The position numbers were made by a program, and so were the translations under genes. Below, in pieces: positions 26,998 through 38,971 of a stretch of DNA of 64,000 nucleotides; positions within the stretch are counted from its first letter, which is position 1; the number at the start of each line of letters is the position of its first letter. A model generated the notes under the pieces. It did not search any database. It was not told the DNA's origin and was given only the letters and a program-made list of their open reading frames with translations. Source of the DNA: Felis catus (lineage: Eukaryota); assembly GCF_018350175.1 (NCBI RefSeq), contig NC_058368.1, positions 81,594,001 to 81,658,000 on the forward strand, given 5' to 3'.

Positions 26998-27056
26998 AGC
27001 ACTGGGTGTTGTATGGAAACCAATTTGACTATAAATTTCATATTAAAAAAAAAAAA
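26998..27056 (+). mobile_element. Ultra-short 5'-truncated young L1 (L1_Fc-like 3' terminus)
   Basis: agcactgggtgttgtatggaaaccaatttgac...poly(A); exact TSD aaaagcattttg (26986-26997 / 27057-27068). Confidence 0.88.
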
Positions 27057-27594
27057 AAAAGCATTTTGGATACATCCCTCTGTAAATGGAATCACAGACG
27101 TCCCAGACTTTTTAAACCGAGTCTAACAATGCAGGCCTTTTCTCGAGGATTCATGATCTTCACTCTGATCACAATCATCAACCTCTGCTGTAGCCTCTGC
27201 TGTGCTCTGGCTGGGAGGGCCGCCTCATCTACCTTAGTGAAAACCTGCGGGTGTCCAGGGGTGTGGTACGGCGGTCCCTGTGCTCAGCTGTCCCCTCCTG
27301 CCCACGTGCAGCCCTCTGCAGGTTCTCCCCTGCAGAGCCCCCGGTCTAGAACACAGAGGTGCCAGAGCTAATGGACCCTGCTCATGGACTGCTGGCTGCA
27401 GGCTGACCTGGACGTGTGGGTGGCCAGCACCTGCCTGCCTGGCGGCACTGCAGGAAGTGCCTTCTCAAGAACCACCCTGCACAGAAGCTTCTCCCCTGTC
27501 CACTGTGCTCCTCACTTTTGCTGATCCCACTGCCCAACCTGACCCTGATGTGAGAAAGGGCACGAGGCCACTCTCATGTTTCAGTCCCATGTCC

Positions 27595-27815
27595 TTTAAG
27601 TTTTTTTTTTTTTAATTTTTTTAGGTTTATTTATTTTTGAGAAAGAGACAGAGCATGGGATGGGGGAGGGGCAGAGAGAGAAGGGGAGACAAAGAATCCC
27701 AAGCAGGCTCTGTACTGACAGGGTAGAGCCCGACGCAGGGCTTGAACCCACACACTGCAAGATCATGACCTGAGCTGAAGTTGGATGCTTAACTGACCAA
27801 GTCCCCAGGTGCCCC
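27595..27815 (-). mobile_element. CAN-SINE
   Basis: Full element; degenerate TSD cagtcccatgtcct/cagccctatgtcct. Confidence 0.92.
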
Positions 27816-27879
27816 TCAGCCCTATGTCCTAAATACGTTTGGGCTTTTATCTCTATAAACTCAATTTCTAGTAGAACTG

Positions 27880-28960
27880 CCAAGTCAAAGCAATTTTTAA
27901 TTTTTAGAGACATGTCAGACTCCCCTTCCCAACCAAACAGGCACGTCCACGGACACTCCCACAAGGAGGATGGCCCCTGTTCTGCATCCTCGCTTGTGTT
28001 AGACTGTGCCAGTCAGCTGGTGAAGCTGTGGCCACCTGTACTGTTACCATCCTGACACAGGAAGTGGGGCCTGTTTCCGCGATGCTGATGGCCGTTTGAC
28101 TTTATTCTCCCATAAACTGTCTTTTCATCTCCTCAACCGTCTACTGACGCTGTCCTTTTCTCATCAACATATGAAAATTCTGTTATATTAGGAAAAATGA
28201 CCATCTGTGGATGAAGTATTACTAATTTACTTTCTCCAAGTTAACCATTTGGCACCGTTTACAGCATGTTCCATGTTTTCGCTTTGTTCCACTTCTGTTG
28301 TGTAGGTGGATGTCTTCCTTTATGGAAGAAGACTTTCTTGTCTTCCTACGATCTTCCCGCTCCTAGATTATGGACAATTTTCTCTTACTATTCCTGACAT
28401 GTTATTTTTATTACTTACATTTTTCATCCGTCTAGAATTTACCTTGGATATGATGTTGGGGCTAGTGTTTCCTTCTGGAGCATCCTCCCTCTACTGGCCA
28501 AGCTAGCACCTTTTATTTAATATGCTATCCTTTTCTCTGAGCTAAAATGCCTCATCAGAAGCTGTCATGATAATTGTATCGATAGATCAGAAAAGGGGAA
28601 AGGCGACTAGATCGAGAGATGGACGAGGTATGTGATAACATCTTTACTTCCCAGCCTCCAACGGTGACCAGTGGCTTTGTGTTTCATCATCATGAACATG
28701 GACTTAAGTGCATCTATGTTTCAGTCCATTAGAGTTATTACCCTCACTGGCACTCCACCACGTTTTCCATTCTGGGATGATGGGAGCCCCTTCAAGCTGG
28801 CTGCTGAGTCCTGTAGACTTGACCTAAGGTGTCTTCCTTGCTTCTGGTGTGGAAGATGTGCCAGGCTCATCTTACTCCTTTCTCCTCTAGACCTAGAATC
28901 AGCCACTCCTCCAGGGAGGAGAGAAATGGCCCTCAGTACTTAGTAGTATCTTAACACGGA
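27880..28960 (-). mobile_element. Ancient L1M fragments (includes an L1MC-like 3' UTR at about 28680-28950)
   Basis: gggagccccttcaagctggctgctgagtcc...ccaggctcatctt...ctagaatcagcca motif; boundaries approximate. Confidence 0.6.
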
Positions 28961-29321
28961 AGCCAGACGGTTTGAGACGCAGCACTGGCCACGTTAAATG
29001 TGACAACCTGGCTCCCCCGTGGGACCGTAAGATCCACTTAAGTCATAACAAACACACTTCTCTAGTGATTCTTACACAAGTTCTAAATCACCAACAGGTG
29101 AACAATGCACAACCCAGACTAAGGAAAGTGTGTCCACAGAAACAAAATAGATTTAAAGAATTTAAAAAATATTTTTAGTAATTATATGCCAATGCAAAGT
29201 TGATGGTTTCCAGGCAAAACATAAAAAACAAAGAGAGAAAGAGAAAACTTGAAATGAGAAATGTAAAATGCTATCACTATGGCACAGAACCTACTTAACT
29301 TTAAAATAAGATATCATTCTT

Positions 29322-29528
29322 GGGGTGCCTGGGTGGCTCAGTTGGTTCAGCGTCTGACTCTCGATTGAAATCGAGTCAGTTAATGAGTTCGAGCCCCACT
29401 GAGAGCATGGAGCCTGCTTGGGATTCTCTCTCTCTCTTCCTCTCTCTCTCTGCACCTTCTCCACTCACACACACGTGTGCTCTCTCTCGCTCTCTCTCTC
29501 AAAATAAAAACTTTAAAAAAAAAAAAAG
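29322..29528 (+). mobile_element. CAN-SINE
   Basis: TSD aag(a/g)tatcattct. Confidence 0.92.
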
Positions 29529-29748
29529 GTATCATTCTATGTTATTCTAGACCACAGAAAAATATATAGAACATTTATTTTATGGATCTAGTATAACACT
29601 AGCAAAACCTGACAAAGATAATACCAAAATTAGCAACTATAGGCTAATTCCATTTGTAAACATAGATGAAAAAATACGAATAAAATATCATCCTTGCATT
29701 ACTGGAATAAGGTACTTTTGGTCAGGGCACACCATACTCCCAATACAC

Positions 29749-29978
29749 TTCAAAAAAAAATTTTTTTAAGTTTATTTTTGAGAGAGAGAGACAGCGAGAG
29801 CGATCGAGCACATGCATGAGAATAGGGATGAACAGAGACAGAGGGAGACAGAATCCGAAGCAGGCTCCAGGCTCCAAGCTGTCGGCACAAGCCCGACGCA
29901 GGGCTCGAACTCATGGACCGCGAGATCATGACCTGAGCCGAAGTCGGACGCTTAACCAACTGCGCCACCAGGCGCCCC
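29749..29978 (-). mobile_element. CAN-SINE (SINEC_Fc family)
   Basis: Full element; TSD aatacact. Confidence 0.93.
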
Positions 29979-30051
29979 TGAATACACTCCTAAATACAAG
30001 AGAATGTATACCAAAGTATAAAATAGTATCAGGTAGTCATTAAAAATAAAG

Positions 30052-30175
30052 TTCATTCTTAATTATTACAAACTCTTCTGGGAATTTGATGAAAAGTACA
30101 GATCTTCTTTCCACAAAATAACACTATTATGTGCTATTCAGGAGTTTCAGAGATCATGCTTTATGAAGCCCTGGG
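30052..30175. mobile_element. Possible MER103-like hAT MITE remnant
   Basis: gaatttgatgaaaagtacagatcttct...tcaggagtttcaga...gaagccctg resembles the MER103 consensus from memory. Confidence 0.4.
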
Positions 30176-31636
30176 TAGAGAAGAATAAAATTTAACAGCA
30201 CAAAATTTTCATTACTAAATAACCCCCACTGTATTGGTGAAGCCGGAATGCAAAGTAGCGTGTTTCAGAAATACGGTGAATGAAGGTTGAAAAGAAATTT
30301 GTCATTATTTCAAATTAAAACAAAAGTAAAAGTAAAGTTTACAAAATACTACGCATGTACCATATCTGATAGACACATTGAAAAATACACAAGAATATAC
30401 TATAAAAAATATACACAAAAATATTGGCAGGTTATCTGTTCATGACAGGATTACTAATAAATTTTCTCCTCTGTTTATATGCTCAAAAATTTTTAATTAT
30501 TCAAACATTTTTAAATCAGAAAAAATATCATTCAAAAGAACTGAGTAATTAAGACCAATGAGAGAACATATGATACCAGCAAAGAAAACGGTGCAGTAAC
30601 ATCACCTTCTCATAGCAACCAACAAAAAAAGATTTGTTTTCTGTTCACAGAAATCTACTCCTGAAGGTAAATATTTAAGAGAACAAAATTCTTAACGATG
30701 CTAAGGTCTTATTCCATCCCTCTTAAGTCAGGGCTACATGACAGCCATATATAAGGAGGGACCTGAATAAACGCCAACATGTTTATAACCATGTGGAGGA
30801 GATCAAGTTTCTTATCTTTACGTACAAACTAGTATGTACTGATCTTTGTATTTTTAGATTTGATTTCTATCCCCTAATTTTAAACACATAACTAATGACT
30901 GCTTTGAGGGATAACAGGTCCCACAATCCTGAAGCGATCATCACGTTAAGAGATACTTAAATCACCCAACAGAAACTTGAAAACTGTCACGAGCCCACCA
31001 GGAGTCATGCAAAAGGTCACCCAATCACCGCGCTAGGACTGCCCCATAGCCCCCCACTCAGCAGAGAGGGGCTGGTGTAAATTCTGCTGTTACCAGTTAT
31101 TCACTTAAACGGAAGAGCTAGTCCCACAAACAACGCGCTAATTCGTCCTGACAGATGGAGTGCAGCCGGCTTTGTATCAGTATGTAAGACGATTTAATTT
31201 AAAAGATAAAAAACTCGGACAATTCAGTCATCTTTAGAAATTAGGAAAGCGTCACTTCATCTGAGGGCAGAGTAGGGTGCAATCACTCTCCCGGCAAACA
31301 CTGAGAGGAGTAGGTCCATCCTGGCATTTAATTAAGCCTCTGAAAAACATATAGTTACAGAGGAAAAAAACCAAGGTCAGAACATAATTGCTTGTATTTC
31401 ACTGATGCATTTTCCACTCAAGGTTCTTTACTTTTCACCATGTGTCAAACACAGAAAGAACGGAGAAAAAAATATAACATAATTGTACCATGATTTCTCA
31501 TTAACTGTTGGACAAATGCCAAGGCCTCCCTACTAAAAACAGAAATGAAGAGGGTAATTTTCTTAGCAAGCAACATAGCTTCTAAGAAACAGCCATTATT
31601 ATACAAAGACCCCAACCCCAAGTGGCAATAGGCAGG

Positions 31637-31762
31637 CAGCCCCCCAGAGCCCCTGCGCACCCCCCCCCGAGCCCCTGTGCCCCCCCAGAACCTCTGTGCC
31701 CCCCAGAGCCTCTGCACCCCCCCAAAGCCCGTGGCCCCCCTAGAGCCCCTGTGGCCCCCTCC
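31637..31762. repeat. C-rich minisatellite, unit about 18-20 bp (cccccagagcccctgtgc), about 6-7 copies
   Basis: Read directly; G-rich on the transcribed sense (minus) strand. Confidence 0.88.
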
Positions 31763-32065
31763 ACCCCCCGCCCCTGCGGCCCACCACACCCAGGAAGCCA
31801 TACGGGCTCCGCACAGGGAACCAGAAAGGTCTCGCACACGGTAGGCAGGAAAATCCCAGCACGTCAGGGGTGAGGCTGGAAGTGCCAAAATGCTAACATG
31901 ATCTTACACAGTACACTTTTAAATTCAGTAATTCTTAGCAAAAATATACAAGAAACAGAACAAGAGAGCTGAAGGCACCCACAGATATTCCCAACAGCAG
32001 TCACCACATTATCTCCAGTTCCACCGACCTTCCAGTTCAAGGACATAGATTTTTAGAGCATTTTT

Positions 32066-32278
32066 AAAAATTTTTTTTTCAAATTTACTCATTTTTTTGA
32101 GACACAGAACAGAGGGTGAGCAGGGGAGGGGCAGAGAGAGAGGGAGACAGAATCCAAAGCAGTCTCCAGGCTCTGGGCTGTCAGCATAGAGCCTGATGTG
32201 GAGCTCGAACTCATTGACCGCGAGATCATGACCTGAGCCGAAGTCAGGCGCTCAACCGACCGAGCCACCCAGGAGCCC
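32066..32278 (-). mobile_element. CAN-SINE
   Basis: Full element. Confidence 0.93.
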
Positions 32279-33242
32279 TGAGTGTTTTTACAGCATTTAA
32301 GTAAACATGTGAAGTCTGGAAATTTTCAGATTCTGAAAGCAAGAAAGCTTACATTTACCTTTTCCTTCCGTGTTTGCTCCCAGATGAAGTCCCTCACCCT
32401 TTGAAAAGAATTTTCCAAAAGGCAAAAAATAAAAACAAAGTAGATTAACGTTGAACTACTGGCATAATTTGTTCACCTCAATCACTCAGGGCAGAAAACC
32501 CATGTGAACTACTGAAACATGAAAACCCCATGTTTTCATTTGTACTAATTTGTAACCAAATAAAACTATAAACTTCCCCCAAGTGTTGAAAGTATTTAAT
32601 CACTTACAAAATCTGTAAATTTTTCGAGTGCTCCAACATTTGTCTACCTTTCCATTTCATAACAGAACACAAAACACAAAACACAGTTCCTGCTGGTTGG
32701 GCCAAAGGGTCCTATCTTTTTATAACAATTCACAGTAAAATCCCAACTGGTAGGCCCAGAGGCAGTCTTGAATGATTCCATACCAGAGACAGCCAAGCTC
32801 AGAGGCTACCTGGGCCTCTAACTCATTCTTGGGTTGCAAATCAGCCAAGCCCAGAGATAGCTAAGGCAGGACACTGACCACTGCCCAGCAGCAGGAGAGA
32901 CAGACAAGCCTTTCCAGGGAAAACCTCGGAAAACATGGAAGGAGCTTCCGGGAAGGACAAACTCGAGCTCTGAATAGCCATCAACAGACAGTAGGACCCC
33001 CTGCAATCAGTTGGAGCCTAATGCAGGACAGTCACTGAGCAGTGGACAGCTGGGTCAGAGAGAGAAGGGCCGAGAGCAGGGAAGGTTCTGATCCCACCCC
33101 TGACTGGCATCCTCACCCGTCCCGAGGCAGGAGAACTGGAGCTTCAAGTACAAGCTCACACCTACGTTGACTCTACAGAAAACTAGCTCCTGTCCACATT
33201 CTTGGGGCCAGGTCACGACTTTTCTTGTAGGTTTTGTTCTAA

Positions 33243-33460
33243 CTGGGGGTTTCCTGACCTGGGGTCCATGGGCCCAGAAGGCAGAAGGGTCTGTAAACGT
33301 GGAAGGGAAGGGAATTACACTTTATTGGCACTAACTTCTATCTGAAATTTAACTCTTCCTTCCATCACAAATGCAAACAACAAGCCACAGTACCTGTGAC
33401 TTTGTCACCAAAAGAAATCACATATTCTCACATGACCTGTTCAAGTGGGTGCACAGATCC
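33243..33460. mobile_element. hAT DNA transposon terminal fragment (family uncertain)
   Basis: ttcctgacctggggtccatgg...ctgaaattta...cagtacctgtgactttgtcaccaa..gaaatcaca resembles an ancient eutherian hAT end. Confidence 0.55.
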
Positions 33461-34029
33461 AAAACGGCCACTAACCCTTCTTACTGAACATGTCAATAAA
33501 GACATACATCTGTTACCGCATTGCTTATCTAATAGGAAGTCTGGAAACACTACATAAACACACTTCTTTACCAGGGAATTTTTCTGGTGCGCATCTACTC
33601 TTCTTAATTGATGATTACGCTTTCCCTCCCCCTTACAGAAAACCCCCTGAGAGACTACTGTACAGACGAGAGCTGGTGTGAACTAAGAAGGCCCTCTGCT
33701 CTCCCTCCCTCTCCTCACCTCAGCCCCTCCGACACACTCTGTCTCTGTCCCACTCCAGTCAGGCTGGGGCTGCAGAGAATCACAGGACAGGCCCCCAGGG
33801 TCTCGGGCTTCACTGGGCCTCTGAAACATCCTCATGCCCAAGTCACAGTCCACGTCACACCTCCCTACGAGGTTCCCAGAGGGCAGCCAAAGGGACTGGA
33901 GACTGCAAATGGCCAGGCCTGGTGACAGGTAATCAAGGACCTCCTTACAACCAGCACTGAGGCAGAATAAAGGCTCAGCAAGGAAGGAAAGCTAAATCTT
34001 AGGAGCCAGACATGGCTGGCACCCCTTCG

Positions 34030-37000
34030 CATAATACAGTCACCATTTTAATCATTTTAGAGCGTGAATTCAGCACTTTAACGTTATCCACTACAAGGCT
34101 GTGCACCCGCCATCACCATCAAATTCCAGAACACCCTCAGCATTTATTTGCAGAAACACCATACCCAGCACGCAATGACCTCCCCACCCCTCTCTCCCCA
34201 ACCCGACAGCACTAACCTTTCTGCCTCTGTGACTTGGCCTATCCTGCACATTTCACATAAATGAAATCCTACAACACGTGAGCTTTTGTGTCTGGTTATG
34301 TCTCTCAGCCTAAGGCTTTTAAGATTCATCCATGCTGTAGCATGCATCAAAATTTCACTCCTTCTCGGGGCTGAATATTCTATTCTGTCACTTGGATAGA
34401 CCACCCATTAGGTAACAGACACCAGCACTGCTTCCACCTCTTGACCATCCTGATAATGAATGAGGCGTCTGTGACAATCACATACAAGTTCTACGTGAAC
34501 GTGTGTCCTCACCTCTCTTGGGCACACACCTGGAACCGCTGGGGGTGCGTGTAACTTTCTGAGAAGCTGCCAGCCCTGTCCCTGAGTGGCCGCACCGCCG
34601 TGTCCCCACCAGCACTGTATCAGGGTTCCAAGGTGGCCAAGTCTCCACCGGCACTTGTTATGCTCTGGCCTGTGCTCTGCTCCAATGAGATCCCCATGAG
34701 TGTGGTATGACAGCCCCCTGTGGTTTCCACTCATACTTCCCTGATGACTAACATTGAGACTCTTTTCCGGTGCTCACTGGCCATCGGTAGACCTCCTTTG
34801 GTAAAACCTGAGTACCCTGCCTATTTTTCAATTGCAGTGTTTGTCTTTTTGGTCCCGAGTTGTGATAATTCTTTATATGTTCTGGATACTAGACCCTTAC
34901 CGCATCAATGATTTGCAAATACATTCTCCCATTCTGTGTGTTTTTCTTTTGTTGCTTATGCTTTTGGTGACATATCTAATCCATAGTCGCAGAGATTTAC
35001 ACACAGCTTCAGCTGTGGGACCTACTTTGAGTAACTTTTTATACACGGTATGCAGGTGAGGTCCGAATCCTTTCTTTTGTGTGTGGACATCCAGCTGTCC
35101 CAGAACCACCTGCTGGAAAGACTTTTCTTCCTTCACTGAGTGGTCTTGGAGCCTTGCTGAAAATCACTCAACAAACATGAGCACATGTATTTCTGGACTC
35201 TCAATCCTGCTCTTGGATCTCTGAGCCCATACTCATGCCAGAAACACACCTGTGATTGCTGTGCCCTGTAACATGTGACGTAGGGACATGTAAGTCCTCC
35301 CACTGTGTTCTTCATTTCAAGAGCGTGTGGCTTTCCAGGCCCCGTGCACTTCCATGTGACTTTGAGGACCAGTGCTGCCATTTCTGCAACAGAGGCCATG
35401 GAATTTTGATGGAGATCACATCCAATGTGAGATCATTTGGAGTAGTGCTGCTACCTTAACAACATTACAGAGGGGCACCTGGGGGGATCAGTCAGTTAAG
35501 TATCCGACTTCGGCTCAAGTCATGATCTCACATGGGTCTGTGGGTTTGAGCCCTGCATCGGGCTCTGTTGCTGACAGCTCAGAGCCTGGAGCCTGTTCCA
35601 GTTCTGTGTCTCCCTCTCTCTCTCTGCCCCTCCCCCGCTTTCTCTCTCTCTCCTTCTCTCAAAAATGAATAAACATTAAAAAAAAAAAATTTGAAAGCAC
35701 AGTATCACGTCTTCCAAACCATGAATGTGTGGAGCCATCGGTTTATTTAGGTGTGCCTTCATTTCCTTAACAGTTTTCTGATTTTCAGTACAATTCTTCC
35801 ACTTTCTTAGTTTAATTTCTCCCTAAGTATCTGATTAATTTTGACACTGTCATACATAGAATTGTTAATGTTATTTTGGGATTGTTTACTGCAAGTATAT
35901 AAAAATAGGACTGATTTTTATGTACTAATCTTGTATCCAGCTAATTTGGCAAGCGTGTTTATTAGACTTGGACTGTGAACACTTTAGTTTTCTATGTATA
36001 AAGTTATGTCATCTATGAAGAGAAGCAGTTTTATCTCCTTTGCAATCTGAGTATCTTTGTTTTTCAACTGCTCCCTTGTCTAACTGCCCTGATGAGAGCT
36101 TCCAGCTCCCAGTGCAACCCTGAGCAGGGTGGGGAAAATGGACCTGCTGTCTGTTCCTGAGCTGGGGACCGAGTGTACACCCTTTCACCATCGTGACATT
36201 ACCTATTAGCGCTTCATATACGCCCTTTATCAGGCGAGGAGGCTCCTTTCTATTCCTTCAGTGAGTGTTCTGATCACGAAAGAGTGTTGAGTTTCATCAA
36301 ATGCTATTTCTGCGTCGCCTGAGATGATTGTACGTTTTTCCCTCGTTTGAACAGTGTGGTGTATTACATCACTTTCCTTATGCTGTAACCACCCCTGCGT
36401 TCTTGGGAGAAATCTCACTTGGTCATGGTGTACAGTCCGTTTAACTTCTAATCCATTTTTTAGTGCTTTATGAGGATTTCCACATCTATATTCATAAAAG
36501 ACACTGTTCTGTAGTCTTTTTGTGTTGTTGTCTGGCTTTGGGATCAGAATAATATGAGCCTCATAAAATGTGTAAAAACAAGTATTCTTTCCTCAGTTTC
36601 CTAGAAGAGTTTGAAAAGAACTTGTGCTAACTTTATATATTTGGTAGAATTCACCAGTGAAGCCATCTAGTCCTGGGCTCTTTACTGGAAAGCTTGAGAT
36701 TACGGACTCACTTCACGAGTTACAAGCCTGTTCCAAATTCCTACTGCTCCGAGACTCCATGTCAACGGTCGGTATTTCTAGGAGGTCTCAGGTTTTATTA
36801 TCTGCAGATGACTTCATTTCTCCACCATTTTTGAGGTGGAGTTTTTTCAGGACACAGAATTCCTGACTGGCAGATTTTCCTTCCGGCATTTTGAGTGTAC
36901 ATCCTAGTGCCTCGCGGCCTCCGTGGTTTCTGAGGAGAGGGCAGCTGCCGACCTAATCGAGGGCCTTCTCCATGCAGAGTTTCCCTAGGACTCTGTCTTC

Positions 37001-37310
37001 CCACAACTCGATCACAAGGCTCCTGCGGACATGGCGACCTGTCCCACTGGAGTCTGGGGAGCCCCCTGCGCGTCCCGGCGCCATGGGTCTCTCAGACCCT
37101 TGACATTCTCCTCTTCTCTTCCTGCTCCTCCGGCGGGATAACTCAGTTGGGTCTATCCTCAAGGCACGTGTTTCCTTTTTCCTGCTCAAATCTGCTGCTG
37201 AGCCCCACTAGTGATTTATTTCATTTCAGTTACTGTACTTTTCATCTCCAGAACTACTTTGGGTCCTTTTTACAATCTCTGTTTATCCAGGTTTTGTGCT
37301 CTCTCTGATT
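34030..37310 (-). mobile_element. Long old L1 (L1MB-like) fragment: 3' UTR plus degraded ORF2, interrupted by a SINE
   Basis: Reverse-strand L1 motifs (ILMHATAWMNLK, CWWG, EIAFDETQH); boundaries approximate. Confidence 0.85.
35472..35692 (+). mobile_element. CAN-SINE inserted in the L1
   Basis: Full element. Confidence 0.93.
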
Positions 37311-37329
37311 ACAGAAAGTAGCATTTCCT

Positions 37330-37642
37330 GGGGCACCTGGGTGGCTCAGTCAGTTGAGCGTCCGACTTCAGCTCAGGTCATGATCTCACAGTCCGTGGGT
37401 TCGAGCCCCGCATTGGGCTCCGTGCTGACAGTTCAGAGCCTGGAGCCTGCTTTAGAATCTGTGACTCCCTCACTCTCTGTCCCCTCCCTCGCTCATGCTC
37501 TGTCTCTGTCTCTCAAAAAATAAATAAACGTTAAAAAAAAAAAATTTTTTTTAAATGTATAAAACATAAAGCATATAAAATCCAAATATAATTGAAAAAA
37601 TCATACAGTTTGACTCATTGGGCAAAAAAAATTAAAAAAAAA
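37330..37642 (+). mobile_element. CAN-SINE with an extra ~70-bp 3' segment and second A-tail
   Basis: Exact 17-bp TSD agaaagtagcatttcct (37313-37329 / 37643-37659). Confidence 0.92.
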
Positions 37643-37691
37643 AGAAAGTAGCATTTCCTTGCATTATGCAAATATTTAATAAACTACTTTT

Positions 37692-37869
37692 ATTTTTTAG
37701 AGTGAGCGCATGAGTGGGGACAGGAGCAGAGGGAGAGAGAGGGAATCCCAAGCAGGGTCCAGGCTCAGTGAGGAGCCTGACACAGGGCTCAGTCCCACAA
37801 CACTGGGATCGTGACCTCAGCCAAAATCAAGAGTCAGACGCTCAACTGACTGAGCCACCCAGACGTCCC
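37692..37869 (-). mobile_element. CAN-SINE
   Basis: Exact TSD taataaactactttt (37677-37691 / 37870-37884). Confidence 0.93.
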
Positions 37870-38971
37870 TAATAAACTACTTTTAAATGAGTGGTTACAT
37901 AAGGCTCACATGTAGCTACTTACAGTTAACCATACGCTTAAAGAAATATGATTTTACAACTAAGTTATAACTCATTACACAATTGAGGGGAAATTAACCA
38001 ATGTTAGAATTGAAGAGACAAAAATACCCAAATTTTAATTGTGTAAGGATCAAACACAAAACGCAATTATCTCAACTACCAAATTCTTATGGTAAATATA
38101 TTGTTTAGAGTGAATTAAAGAGAACTTCCCAAATTTAGTCAGAGACTTAATCAGAGTCAGGAACATTTATAAATGTATGGGTCAACGAAAAAAGGAGAAG
38201 TCAAAGAACACCACAATTAAGAGAAAGGCCACAGACATATCAGGGCCAGCGGGCACTCAAATTATATCCAGCATTCTTCTTACATAAATTAACAGCAAGT
38301 AACCTAGTAACATACTGAGCGCTTACTACCTGCCTGACTCCATCCGCACACACGCGCACAATCCTGTGAGGCTGCTGCTATTATGCACACACGGAAGATG
38401 TGCAAGGGAAGGCTCACAGAGACTACAGCACTCGCCCAGGACTCAGAGCTTTTCCAAACTGCAGCCAACAGTCAAACCCAAGCCATCAGACCCCAGAACC
38501 TGGGCCGGTGAGCCCCACCGCACGGCGACGAGGCAGGGAGTTAAAACAAGGCCCCTGTAAGACGCTATGAGCTGCCTGCTAGCACGGCGGTACCCAACAG
38601 CAGGCACACAGCAAAGGGCAGAATCTACTTTACGCCAAGGACTCATGTTAGCTCTATAGTCACAGTGCATTTTTGAGAAATCCCAGCAGCCGAACTAGTG
38701 AAGCAAACAAGACCATGTGGGTATAAAGTAACTGGCAAATGAACACTTACAAATCCTGAACTTCCTGAAGCCTTCTCTAACCTCAGACACCGAGTAGGAA
38801 TATCAGTAAATATAAAACCTTAAAAAAGATAAGTTTACTGCAGTGCAATGTTAGTATTCGAAGTAATCTGAGGAAAGGGTACCTGAGGGTGCTTTATAGT
38901 TCTGTCAACTCTTCCAGAAGTCTGAAACTATACAAAAAAAAAAAAAAAAAAAATTTAAGGATAACTTTATC

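Noticed and set aside
31637..31762. CRISPR-like or prokaryotic repeat system
   Set aside because: No unique spacers; this is an ordinary eukaryotic minisatellite in mammalian DNA
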